A DNA stretch of 55,603 nucleotides, filler included, from Sphacelaria rigidula (taxonomy: Eukaryota): NCBI GenBank assembly GCA_964200075.2. It is 6 parts of 6 records of this genome, joined end to end, with 100 filler letters (N's around TTAATTAATTAA, not from the genome) between each part and the next. Parts side by side here need not be neighbours in the genome. Positions count along the whole stretch, not along the records: positions 27,856 to 37,039 come from CAXNAA020009104.1; positions 37,140 to 46,322 come from CAXNAA020009105.1; positions 46,423 to 55,603 come from CAXNAA020009106.1; 3 more parts are not named here. One strand, written 5' to 3'. Shown in pieces: positions 36,643 to 47,894 of this stretch. The translations under genes and the position numbers were made by a program. How positions within the stretch are numbered: position 1 is the first letter of the stretch; every line of letters starts with the position of its first letter. The notes under the pieces are model-generated. The model worked only from the letters and a program-made list of their open reading frames with translations, was not told where the DNA came from and did not search any database.

Positions 36643-36876
36643 CACGGGTCTACGCGTTACACTCGTCGTGTTCACCTTTGACGTCAAAAGTCGTCAAAAG
36701 TTGAGCCAGGCTAATACTTCGGTGGGGTATTACGTGGGAAGCCGTATTTTGACTTGACTTTTGAACAGGGCTCCCCACGTGGTCCCCGTCCCCCACCGTA
36801 GTACTAACCTGGCTCGACTTCTGACGGGAGACTTGAGACCACGTGACACATAACGAATGTAACGTGTAGACCCTTG
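36643..36876. mobile_element. hAT-type MITE family B (234 bp)
   Basis: TIR CACGGGTCTACGCGTTACACTCG/CGAATGTAACGTGTAGACCCTTG; flanks CAAAATTC/GAAAATTC. Confidence 0.85.
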
Positions 36877-36884
36877 GAAAATTC

Positions 36885-37039
36885 CAGGGTTTGGACAAAT
36901 TATCACGACTCAAAATCACCAAATTCACGATTTATTCGGCCGGATTGCCCAAAAGGGAGAAAAATGTTGATCGCTGGTTCAAGGGGTATCCACGCAACAT
37001 ATGCGCCATTCCACGTGTCTGGGTTGCGTGTACCTGGGT
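36885..37039 (+). mobile_element. hAT-type MITE family C, left part (cut by contig end)
   Basis: Starts CAGGGTTTGGAC; homologous to 30597-30862. Confidence 0.78.
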
Positions 37040-37139
37040 NNNNNNNNNNNNNNNNNNNNNNNNNNNNNNNNNNNNNNNNNNNNTTAATTAATTAANNNNN
37101 NNNNNNNNNNNNNNNNNNNNNNNNNNNNNNNNNNNNNNN
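37040..37139. other. Artificial contig linker
   Basis: N44-TTAATTAATTAA-N44. Confidence 0.97.
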
Positions 37140-37460
37140 AAGGGTTTCTTGGTTATTGTTCAAAAAACAAAGGCAAGCAAAAAATGGGTCCCCCCCCCCC
37201 CCCCTCCCCCGCCGCCGGAACGAGCCTGGCTCTGTCTTCTATTCCCTTGTTTTTACGTTCTATTATTTTATTTTATTTTCCTTTCTTTCATTTTCCTCTC
37301 ATTCTTCTTTCGTTTGTTTCATGTTTCTCCTTTTTGTTTCTGATTGCGAGCTGGAGTGTTGCAATCAGCTACGTAGTGCGCGATCATAATATTTTTTGTC
37401 TTTGTTGTTGTGCTTGTGTTTGTGTTTGTCGTTATTTTGTTGTTACTGCTGTTGTTTGTT

Positions 37461-37461
<1 letters not shown>

Positions 37462-37511
<50 letters not shown>

Positions 37512-37540
37512 GGTGGTGGTGGTGGTGGTGGTGGTGGTGG
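37462..37540. repeat. Compound microsatellite (TTG)n(GTG)n
   Basis: Directly visible. Confidence 0.95.
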
Positions 37541-38563
37541 TGTTTTTTGTTGTTATCGCTGCCCCTTTTCTTTCCTTTCTGAGGCCGTTGCTTATGTCGT
37601 TTTTCTGTTCCTTTCTTTCTTCTTTGTGTTTTTTTTTTCCTTATTCTGTTCTATTTTTGCTGCTCCTGACCACGGGTTGGATTGTTGCAATCAGCTAATA
37701 ATGTAAGATAATCAATCAATCAATCACCAGGGTGTGTACTGTACGTGAAACCGCGTCAACATAAACATTTTTTATGACACCCGCCTTCAACGTTTCGCCC
37801 TCCTTGATTCTCTTTTACGTCTCGAACGTACGTCAGTGACGCAAAGATTTGCGTGGTTCGCAAGAGCTGGAGGACATACGTAAATGGGCTTTGTTGACAG
37901 TGCAGCGCGCAGGCAGGGCCCCCTGCAGGGCCTTTTCTACAGATGACCAGAATGGAAAAAGATACCACCTGGGGTGTCAGATATGCACCACACAAGCAAA
38001 AACCATCACGAAGCAATAATAATTGTTTTATTTCACAGCCGCGACGGTAGCTGTACAGGTGCATTTCACTCCACACTTCACATATCTTCAGCTGTGCGAC
38101 ATAAGATTTGAATGCGGCACGACACCTGAGAGATATACTGTACAGTGATCCACATGTCAACGCTGCCGCATCCAGCTGGCACGTCTACCGTGCGCCATCG
38201 TTTGAGTTAAAGTCCGAACCAACGCAGTCCGAACCAAACTGCAACGTGTTCAAGTAAACTCACAAACCGTGCACCCATATGGCAAAATGTGGGCGTGAGC
38301 TTCCCTGTCATCAGCGCAGCAATGACTTACATCAACACGACCTACCGCACGCTACTTCATGCTTTCACGTATGGCTTCAAGATGCACGGTGGGCAGTACG
38401 GGTGTGTGGCATGCGGGGTCGATCGTTTTGCGTCATATTCCGTTTGTATAGACAGTACCAGATATAGAAATTAGTACCGACGGTGAGTACAGACAGTTGA
38501 GAAATAACATCTTCAATAGTACAGTAAAGTCAGGGAGTATACCGTAGTACTGTTGTACTGTAC

Positions 38564-38905
38564 CTTGGACATGTCTTCGGCAACACGCGCTTCAACTTCA
38601 ATCCAGGTCATGAATCGTAACTCCGTCTGCCGTTTACCCCCCAGCAACATCTCTGATGTCGACTCATCTGCTGTTATTGCCGCAACCGAAAGTAATCCAG
38701 GTCTCCTCCTGCCTGTTACATGCCTGTGTCTCCGATGCGTGGAGATCTTGCAACTATCGCCAACTGTATCAGTGACGCATCGGTGGCAGCGTCGACTTGG
38801 AGGCCACGGTGCTAACGCGAATGCTTCTACATTTGTCCATAAGTGTGAGGAGGGTGCAGCAAGACAGGTGGTGATGCAGATGGCGAACAACTGGCGAGGG
38901 TGCAT
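38564..38905 (-). CDS. Probable first exon of a plastid-targeted protein of unknown function
   Basis: Hydrophobic N-terminus, VEA-FAL cleavage resembling the stramenopile ASAFAP motif, R/S-rich transit-like stretch, donor AAG|GTACAG. Downstream exons were not identified. Confidence 0.55.
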
Positions 38906-39146
38906 GGATTATGACCGCTGATTGAAAACGTTACGGCTGCAAGTAGTAGGGGTTACCTACCGGCTGTAGAAACACACAGCACAACCAAGAGTGCGGCAAA
39001 CTACTCTCTCTGTGCGGGGATTGTTAGACTTTTACTTCATTTTGCACTACAGTATTTAACCGTGAAGAAAGTTTGCCGGATGCAACAACGACAATACTGC
39101 GGGTCCTGGGCGAAAAAAGTTGGCGAAAAGATTTGGTAAAAGAGTT

Positions 39147-39217
39147 TACGCATACGGAGAATCGAACTCCGGGCATAACCTTGGGAGGGTTATATGTTAC
39201 CACTACACCACATGCGT
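39147..39217 (-). tRNA. tRNA-Gly(CCC)
   Basis: 71-nt cloverleaf: ACGCATG/TATGCGT, D arm GTGT/ACAT, TAACC-CTCCCAA-GGTTA, CGGAG-TTCGATT-CTCCG, A73, then TTTT downstream. Confidence 0.85.
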
Positions 39218-40185
39218 TCATGAGTATGCAGAGGTTTTATCACATATAAATTTGTTTGTTTCCTTGTGTCAGGATTCTACAATATCATGTCTATACCACC
39301 CTGCGGCTAATTTGTATTACTCGTAGAACATAGGCGACTGTTGTACTACCGCTCTTGGTGCTTGAAACAGCAGCGACTAGACTGGACTGCTGCGTACTGT
39401 TGTATTCTACTATAGCTACGTTATTATTCCTGTCGCTCGTTCTCAGTTTGTTCACGGCCAGAATGTGTCTGTGTGGAAACGTCCAAGAAAATCGGAGTCT
39501 GTCCGAGAAATAGTTATAATTGCTATAATAGTCGGACCACGTGAGACCAAAAAATATAGCGGCAACCGGAAATCACGAAGGTACCCTTGAACCGTCTCAA
39601 GGAGTGCAGCAAGAAGTCCTTCCAAGGGATCAAAATCTGCCTAGCCCCGTCTTGTCAGGCGACGACGACGCAGAGAGTCAAAAGGATACGACGGTAGTTT
39701 CCGATACATGAATTATTTTGTTCATTATTACTACTACTGGGTGTGAGTGAATGCGGTTCTGCGCAAGACCTTTTCCGCCGAAGCCATGTGGCAGAGGCCG
39801 GTCATTTCTCTCATTTCATTTTCATGTCTCAGTCTATTGTTGTGTTCTGTTCTACCTTCTTCTACCGTTCCTTCTTTTTTCTTCAGCGAGTGTTGATTCC
39901 AGTTTTATTTTGTCTCGGGTACGTCTGTATCATGTTGAATACGGCTGGATCCCTGGGAAGCCAATGGAAGTGCGACAATTAATCAATCCAATCAATCCAA
40001 TCAATCATACATGTGTATTGACTAGGGTCTTCGAACAGCATCAGCTGTAGCACATTTCTGGTGGTCTTCGTGATTTCGACTGTCTTTTTCGTTCACCGGC
40101 GAACCATGATATTACGAGTATGCACCATACAAATTCACCGAAATGAAATAATGACTTTATATTTCTTAAAAATGACGGAGAACGT

Positions 40186-40256
40186 ACACGTGTGGTGTAA
40201 TGGTAACATATGACCCTTCCAAGGTTATGCCCGGGGTTCGATTCCCCGTACGTGTA
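40186..40256 (+). tRNA. tRNA-Gly(TCC)
   Basis: 71-nt cloverleaf: ACACGTG/TACGTGT, TGACC-CTTCCAA-GGTTA, CGGGG-TTCGATT-CCCCG, A73, immediately followed by a TTTTT terminator. Confidence 0.88.
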
Positions 40257-40339
40257 TTTTTAGTTTATTTTTTACGCAGTGTTGTTGCGTGGTCCGTCCA
40301 CTTACCTGCACGCGTCGCCGTTCGGTTCCCATTCATTCA

Positions 40340-40920
40340 GCGTACGCGCCAAATTTCCCCCAAGTCGAATTTTCACCCAAGGCCGGATGTTATGGTAAAC
40401 AGATTTTCGGCGCACGGATCGTTCACTTTTGGGACGTTTGACCCGCTTTTTGACCCCCAAACAGGGAAAGTCGCCAACACAGGTCTCGGACACTATGGAT
40501 CACCAACAAAGAGGAGTCTAGCCTACTTTTCAGATTTTTCGCTTGGCCCCGAGGTTTCGAGATTGGCCGCTGAACAATAATTAATTCGTGTACGATAATC
40601 TGTGCTTGCTAACATGCAGCAGTTTGCCCAATAATCTGTGGAGATCGCCGAAGATTTTATTGCACACGGATTATTATTCAGCGGCCACTCTCGAAACGTT
40701 GTTGGAGCCGCAAGCGATTTTGAAAAGTGGGCTAGGCTTTTCTCTGTGGGGTGATGCAAAGTGTTCAAGACGTGTGTTGGCGATGTTTCCTGTTTGGGGG
40801 TCAAAAAGTGGGTCAAACGTTCCAAAAGTGAACAATCCATGGGCCAAAAATCTGTGTGCCGTAAAATCCGGCTCAAGACCCCAACATTTCGATTATCGGG
40901 ATCCAAATTTGTATGGCGTG
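40340..40920. mobile_element. Foldback element with ~250-bp imperfect inverted arms (MULE-like MITE)
   Basis: For example GTTCACTTTTGGGACGTTTGACCCGCTTTTTGACCCCCAAACAGG versus CCTGTTTGGGGGTCAAAAAGTGGGTCAAACGTTCCAAAAGTGAAC. Ends are approximate. Confidence 0.75.
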
Positions 40921-42294
40921 AAATAGTTGTCAATAACAGCTGCCAGTAGTAGGTGAATGAAGGAGTGTGATCATATATATTTCGATGATTTTGTGTGGAA
41001 GCGAAGATTTCATTCTTCTCCGGGTTCTCATCCTCAACGAAAAGCTCCATCCTCAATTTCAATGATCGGCTGTTAACAGAGTGACATGGCCAGATTTTTC
41101 TTGCGTCCTTCGCCATTGCGATGTTGTATAGCGAAAGCGTTTCTCGGTCAACCAGGGGCCTTCAAACGGTTCTGAAATTAAATATAAATGCAAATTCCTG
41201 ACACCAGTTGTACCCGCAATCCCATCACGAATCAACCGTCATCGGCTAGAGAATCTATAACACAAAAAAAGAGATTCGAAAAAGGTTTGTGTGGGATCGA
41301 GTTACAACAACAGTAGTGGGCGGTCTAACTATTAATTTTGTGGCCTTTAGTGATTTTTCGTGATTGGCGATTCTCTTGGGCTCTTTTCGCTCGCCACCCC
41401 TTATCACATCGGGGATCTGAAGATATTTGTATCCGCTCCACATTCCAAGAAGAAAAAGCCATCTGTACTCAATATTGAGTGACTTACGGGCTGACCGGTC
41501 ATCGGGGGTCCTGCCATGTTTTAGCCCAGATCGATCGAGCCCATATTAATCATGCTTGTAGAGAAATAAATGTACAGGTTTTTATATTTCTGCCTGCTCA
41601 GTGCACTAGGGCCGAAAACCTGTATTTCACGGTCAATAACACCCTCCTGATAAACGGGATATTTACTCGTTTCGCCCGATAACACCCATCAATACTACCT
41701 TGGGCACTGTGTTTCGAAGATTGCCTGTTTTTTTGTACCAAAATCTACCGGCGCTAGCAATTTCGAGTTCTATCGAAGAGTATTACGCGAGGAAAACCCC
41801 AAAACACTCCTAAATACTTAGACCGCGCCCACGACTGCACACCTCAAAATGTGTTATTTCGGCGATATGGGTTTTTGGAGTCGTCGGATTTCCACTGATG
41901 ATATGCATCGACGACCCAGAGAGCCTCTTGACTTTTTCCCTCGTAAAATTCGTAGAAACCCTCCGATCATCCTCAAACTTGACAGCTTGGTAGATATGGG
42001 CGCTACGAATGGGAGGGGAAACGTTGAAGAATGTTTCAAGTGATCATGTTACAGGAGACATGTAGCCTCTGCCAGACGATCTGGACAAAAGGACTTCCAA
42101 CGACAGACTCCCTGCAGTATCACTTGCCTCGTGTTCGACAAGTCCTTTCTTTTAACTTGTGATCATCACGGAGTGATCCTCGACAGATCACGAGCCGGAC
42201 AGCAAGGAAGGGGCCACGCATAAAAGGGCCATCAATCCAGGATCCCCTGTCCCTTGCCACTGCTCCAATCATGCATGCGATTATATTGAAACCT

Positions 42295-42372
42295 TACGGC
42301 TCGGTATCATTTGGCTGCAGACTCCAGTCATGGAGGTCACGAGTGCGAATCCCGATATATCCCTTTTTTTTT
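42295..42372 (+). pseudogene. Degenerate tRNA-like sequence / SINE head
   Basis: CTCCA-GTCA-TGGAG stem, B-box-like GAGTGCGAATCC, long T-run. No valid cloverleaf. Confidence 0.3.
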
Positions 42373-42679
42373 TTCGCAGAATCTGGTTCCGCCGTTAAGG
42401 TTATATATTGTGCAGTTCCTTTTTTATTATTTTTTAGCGTCAGAGCGTGCCTGATGCTTGCCCAGGTTGGTCTGTAGTTCACCTGCTTCGTTGTCTATCT
42501 ATCTGGCGATATAGCGCACATAATGTTCCATACTAAAATCAACATATTACTAGCGGGGACACTAAGCGCACCGTATCTGGATCCCGTGTCTCAATTTTGA
42601 GAGTTCGAAATTTGATATTTATATGGAGTATCGCAAGGGCAAAAAAAACTCAAGGACCTTGGTTGTTTTTGTCATGAGC

Positions 42680-43180
42680 TAGACCGCTTGTTATGGCAAA
42701 CAAAAAAAAATCTGAAAGACTGTCTTTTGGGGGCTTATGCGTCATTCTACGCCCTAAAAGAGGGTTAGGCGGATTCTGACACCTTCGGATGCCTTGCTGC
42801 ACACGTTGAGACGGTTCCGGCACACCTGTGTGTTTCTCCGGTGGCCGCAGTTTATTTATTGGCCAAACTTGCAGTTTTCTCGGAGATCGCTCATTTTTTC
42901 TCGGAGATCGTTCGAATCCCGAAAAACTGTAGAAAACGCTATGTTCTGAACTTGACCGATCTCCGAGAGAAATAAGCGGTCTCCGAGAAAAATGCAAGTT
43001 TGACCAAGAAACAACTACGACCATCGAACGAATAGGTTTGCTGGGACCGTCTCAACGCGTGCGACAAGGCATTTCACGGTGTCAAAAATCGTCTTGCTCT
43101 ACTGTACGCTGTAAAACGATACAGAAGCTCCGAAAATACAGTTTTCCAGATTTTTATTCTTGTTTGCCACAAGAAGCGGC
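42680..43180. mobile_element. Foldback element with nested inverted repeats
   Basis: Outer arms TGCCTTG..GCAC.CGTTGAGACGGT.CC/GGACCGTCTCAACGCGTGCGACAAGGCA; inner arms CAAACTTGCA.TTTTCTCGGAGA/TCTCCGAGAAAAATGCAAGTTTG. Confidence 0.72.
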
Positions 43181-44450
43181 GGCAGGGACGTTTGGGTGGG
43201 AAATGGACATTGTTTTCGGCCCTTAACTCAGTTTTATCAGCTTATTTTTTAGAATTGTGATTTGAAACTGAGTATGGAGAATCGAAGGGCATAATGTGAA
43301 CAAACGAAATATGTTTTGTTTTCTTGTCGTGAGTTAAGGACGTTGTCGCGAGAAAATGGTCTCTACTACACTAAAACGTCCTTCACGCACGAAAAAGAAT
43401 CACCTTGTGCCAAATATTTTACAAAGTATACCCTAATGATTCTTCATACAAGATTTCAAAGCACAAGTACCAAAACTGGGCCGGTGAATGGCGTGCAAAA
43501 CACTGTTTCGAATCTCGACCAGCCCAGGCTCTCAATCGCCCATCCCCACCTCAATTTCGAGAGTTGGACTTTCAAGTTTGGTATGGAGAATTGCCAGAGC
43601 ATACTAATGAAAGTGATTTTGGATAAATGAGATTTTTTGTTCATGACTCAGGAGCGTTTAGTGCAAGCTGGATCTTGTTTTTGCCCTTAACCCACAAAAA
43701 GTAATCTCAATTTCAATGACCCTTTTTTTCAATGCCCTGGAGATTGATGCTCCATGCCAAGTTTGAAAGTCCAAGTAGTGTCAAAGTGGAGGTGAGAATG
43801 GGCCTGTAACCTACAGATTTGCTTGTAGGCTTGCTCAGCTCGTATGTAGCGTACAGTACAGTATTAAAGTTCGAGCTGGGATAAGCCCAAAACGGACTTG
43901 AGCTCTGAGCCATATCTAATCAATCAACGCAGACCAATTGGTCCGTGATCCGCACATGCTGCTAATCGTTCAATCACGGGGCGGATACCCATCTACTCAA
44001 CGACCGGTCAGATGCTCTCTCGTTGAGTAAACGCAATGTCCGGTGAGTCCCGTGACGTGCGAAGAAGATGTATCGACTCTCAGATCTTCTACACGAAACT
44101 CTCATCAAATTTCAATAAGGTTATGGTGCTGAGGTTTGGTGTGAACATTTCTTGGGGTACGGGGGAACCATCGATACCCTCACCTTCGCCTTATTCGTTA
44201 CCTATCGGGAGATATTGGCCATTTTAAAGATATTCCGTACTAAAGTATAGTAATCTCACTCATCTCACCACAATAAACTATATGAATAAGATATGGATTT
44301 AGCAGCTTGGTTTCGAGAGTCAGATGTCCTTTAAAATTTGGCATGAATCGCTAGGGCATGATAAAGTTTGGGGGGGGGGGATGCTCAAGTTTTCTCCATG
44401 ATGAGTCAAGGCTGCTTTGTGTGAAAAATGGATCTTGGTACTATGTCCTA

Positions 44451-44844
44451 CCCACGCGGCCATTTGGCTACCTCCGAAAATCCCTGCACACGAAAGTTAA
44501 CCGTTCCAGAGGGGTCAATTTTGTCCGTGGAGGTGTTTAACCCCTCGAGAGGTCAAAATTGATCTCTCCAGAGGGATTATTAGTAGATGAGCCCAGAGAT
44601 CTCTAGACGGATTTCATATTGTGTTGGATATTCTAAAGTGCACGCAACCCCTCTAGGGGGGCTCCATATCCCTCCCTCTCGAGTGACTTCGGTGGGTTAT
44701 TTCTCTAGCAGCCGTATAATCCCTCTGGAGGGATTTACTTTGCAGCCTCCAGAGGGATTATACGCCTCCAGCGCCTTTTTTCCCTCTAGGGGGGTCAATT
44801 TTCGTGTGGAGGGATTTTTGGAGGTAGCCAAATGGCCACGTTTG
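44451..44844. mobile_element. Non-autonomous TIR element with CCCTCTAGAGGG-type palindromic subterminal repeats
   Basis: TIR GGCCATTTGGCTACCTCC.AAAATCCCT/AGGGATTTTTGGAGGTAGCCAAATGGCC; TA on both flanks. Related left end at 54389. Confidence 0.75.
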
Positions 44845-46322
44845 TAGGGTTTCTCCATACCACTTTTCACAGCACAACTCCCAAAACTGAGCTGCCGAAC
44901 TGCCTGCAACCTACAGTTCCGTTCCTAGGCTGGCCCGGCTCGTCCTGAGAAGCGGTGAGTATATCCCGTAGACAGCAAGTTGAGAAGGTAGTTTACTAGG
45001 GCAAAACTACATGTCTCTATGCATTGCACTTGTTGCGATACATTTCGGATACCCGTACCTGCCCATTGAGCAACTAATTTGGTTACCGCCTGAGACCACA
45101 GAAGAAACAAAATTGCCGGGTACCTTGCAAGTACAGTGTCCCGGAGTATGGATGCGTGCTGTATGATCATGCCAGCGATCTGTCTGCGACAAACTTATAC
45201 GCAACATATATACTTACACATGCTATGAGTCATACTACGGTAGAGGTTGCACATTTGGACCCAGATTTCTCTCAATCAGGGGTCCCTAAAGTTAAGAGCT
45301 ACACCGGGAAATATATGGGTCAGGACAATTCCGTATGTTTTCAAACCCATTCGGGATATATCCTTAATCCATTGGGATGTCAATCGTGACGTGCTCTCAC
45401 ACATCTCATAAGTCGTTTCTTAGATGAGATGGAGGGCTCCCAACAGTTAAAAACCAACAAAAGGTTCGTGCGCACCTACCGAAGCACCACTCCTCTATAG
45501 TTTGGGACGTACGAAAACACTGCGACCCTTCCTTAGGCGCCTAAACTTCTAGCTGGCCGCGAGTTGGCGGGACTTTGGGGGGGATTCGGTCTAGTCGGAA
45601 ATTGTCCCTCTTCAGCGCGGTCTCGGCGGCGGAAATCATTACCGGACATTCGTGCGCCGTTCGTTGTTGTGCTGCCGCCGTGATTGTCATGGTTTTACCA
45701 TGTTTCGCTTGGCAATGGTGTGGCTTGTCGGCGCTGTCCTTCTCTCGGATGAGCCGGAAGGCGTTATCCGCCCTCTCTGTTGTTTTTGTGCAGTCGCACA
45801 AGTTCTTGCTCGAGGACAGATGGGTGAGCCGCGTACCATTATTCCTGACTATCTTGCCCATCACAGGAGCAAGAAACAAAGGTTTCTGGTGGACGAGCGA
45901 GGGGAGTTCACTCCGCTACGAAACGCGGGTGGTTGGCTGTCCTCTGGGGGTGGTGGGGAAGCATCCAGCACCCGTGATGATGGAAAGGTGCGCAAATACG
46001 GAGGGGCACAGTTTCGTCGACGCCGGTGTCGTCGGCCGGGGTTATAGTCGGCAGGGCATCGAGAGCTGCCGTGTTGTGGAGTGCAGCGGTTGCCAGCGGT
46101 GCTGCCGCAGGGGCGAAAGTGGACCAGATATTCAAAGCCACGTTGGTCTCTGGGGACGTAGCGATGGGCGCAGCGGTGATGAGGCTCGTACTCTCCGTGT
46201 TGTTCTTCGATTCAGCGGTGGTAGCAGTCATCGTGCTGCATTATTTTCGCCCTCTCCCCCCCTTAGACACCCATGAGGCAGTGTAAAAGCCGTGGCTGTC
46301 TCTGGAAGTGGCGATACCACAG

Positions 46323-46422
46323 NNNNNNNNNNNNNNNNNNNNNNNNNNNNNNNNNNNNNNNNNNNNTTAATTAATTAANNNNNNNNNNNNNNNNNNNNNN
46401 NNNNNNNNNNNNNNNNNNNNNN
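46323..46422. other. Artificial contig linker
   Basis: N44-TTAATTAATTAA-N44. Confidence 0.97.
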
Positions 46423-47894
46423 TTTGACGTCGGGGTGTGTGGTCTGTCGTGCGTTCGGATTCCGGTATTGGCGGGGGGGGGGGGGGGGGTGGGGGGAGGG
46501 GGGGGCAGCGTGGGGCGAGGAAGTCATTATCTTGCATGCCATGGTCGTAAGACCACTGACCTTGCACCCCCTATAGACCCGGGACGGAGCACGCCGGGTT
46601 GTCGCTAGACCAGGCTCGTAGGAGTGGTCGGGGGTTGCTTCTTTGGAAATCGTGATCTGTATTGTTGTCTCTCTATTTTCAAAGGTTGGGATCAAACAGA
46701 AATCGTGATAACTCGTGATAACTCGTGTTTACCGAAAACCTTGTGGAGGCATCCAATTCAAATACAAACGATTATCAAACATTGACTGGTATACCATAAC
46801 AGGTTCACGCGAGTCTTTGTGCGGGTGTGGAACTGTGTTTCCGAGGCACTGCAAAGCTGATTCGTGTGAGTACAGAACGGATGTACACCATTGTTCAAAT
46901 CATTCGGCAAGTTGCAGTGGCAGGTCCTGCATCCGTTTTTTTTTTATCGGCTCGGGGTCAAATATCCCGAATTAAGCGATGGAGGCTTGGAAAAGTGCGT
47001 GCTGATTTCTAAATGGGTACGCGCTCCCATACAAGAGCAGACATACTAGACTATACGGCGGCACGAAAGTCTCCTCGCCTCATCTTCCCACGGTGAACTG
47101 GGGACCCTGTGTATTCTCACACGCAACGGTAGACACATCGTATATGCGTACATGTTCTCCATCTCACTCGCATTCTTCGGGAGAACATGAAGGCAACTCG
47201 AAGCTTATACACAGGTACAGCCGGAACCGACCCACACCACTGATCAGGCCAACCCGACTCTCAATTCTGACGATGAAATTTTTGCGATCCATTGCGAGTC
47301 CATCAAAATCCACACCGCGTAGACACTTACAGTTTCCACTTTTTGAACCCTGTTTCACCCCTTTCTGGAGCAGCAGGGTTACCGGTAGGAATATATCCTC
47401 TTCAAACTTTCTTTACCGTTTAACTCTCACGTATGGTCCATTTGTTGCCGGCGGTGAGCTGGGAGGCCGTTCTTGTGCTTGAGATACGGCCTGCTTCCGA
47501 AATATTCAGCACCTGCGGTGGTGCTCACTGTGACCAACTGTACTGATGGTGCTTCTGTCGATGACCTGAGGGCATGTTAGTTTGCTCCCCTCTCTTGACT
47601 GCACCGAAACAGTGAGAAAAGGCTGACACCGTCTGTATCGCCCTGCTGAATGACCGGCTTCCTCTCCTTGCTCAAAACAAACTTCTGAACTACAGTCGAG
47701 GAGCTCCTGGTCGTGGGGCGGATGTGACAGCCGGTTTCTGCGGCCAACAAGACGTGTGTGAAGTTCGACTCCGTCCTTGCCCTGTGTAGGCGACATATCT
47801 TCAGTGCTCCGCCGTAAGGTGCTCAATAGAGCCTTCCTTTGGTGTAGCGGGTTGTCCAAATGGGATCATCTGCCCTCAAAATGCTGGCGCGGGC

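Noticed and set aside
27856..37039. Contig 4 as a circular element because both ends carry the same sequence
   Set aside because: The ~100-bp overlaps differ at many positions and belong to MITE family C, which has a third copy inside the contig; the assembler simply broke at repeats.
37184..37706. Poly-Cys/Trp/Val/Gly ORFs
   Set aside because: Translations of a (TTG)n(GTG)n microsatellite and T-rich sequence.
45541..46276. 233-aa plus ORF, or a gypsy integrase relic on the minus strand
   Set aside because: No convincing motif in the plus ORF; the minus-strand resemblance (ERADNAFRLIREKD) is too weak without a search.
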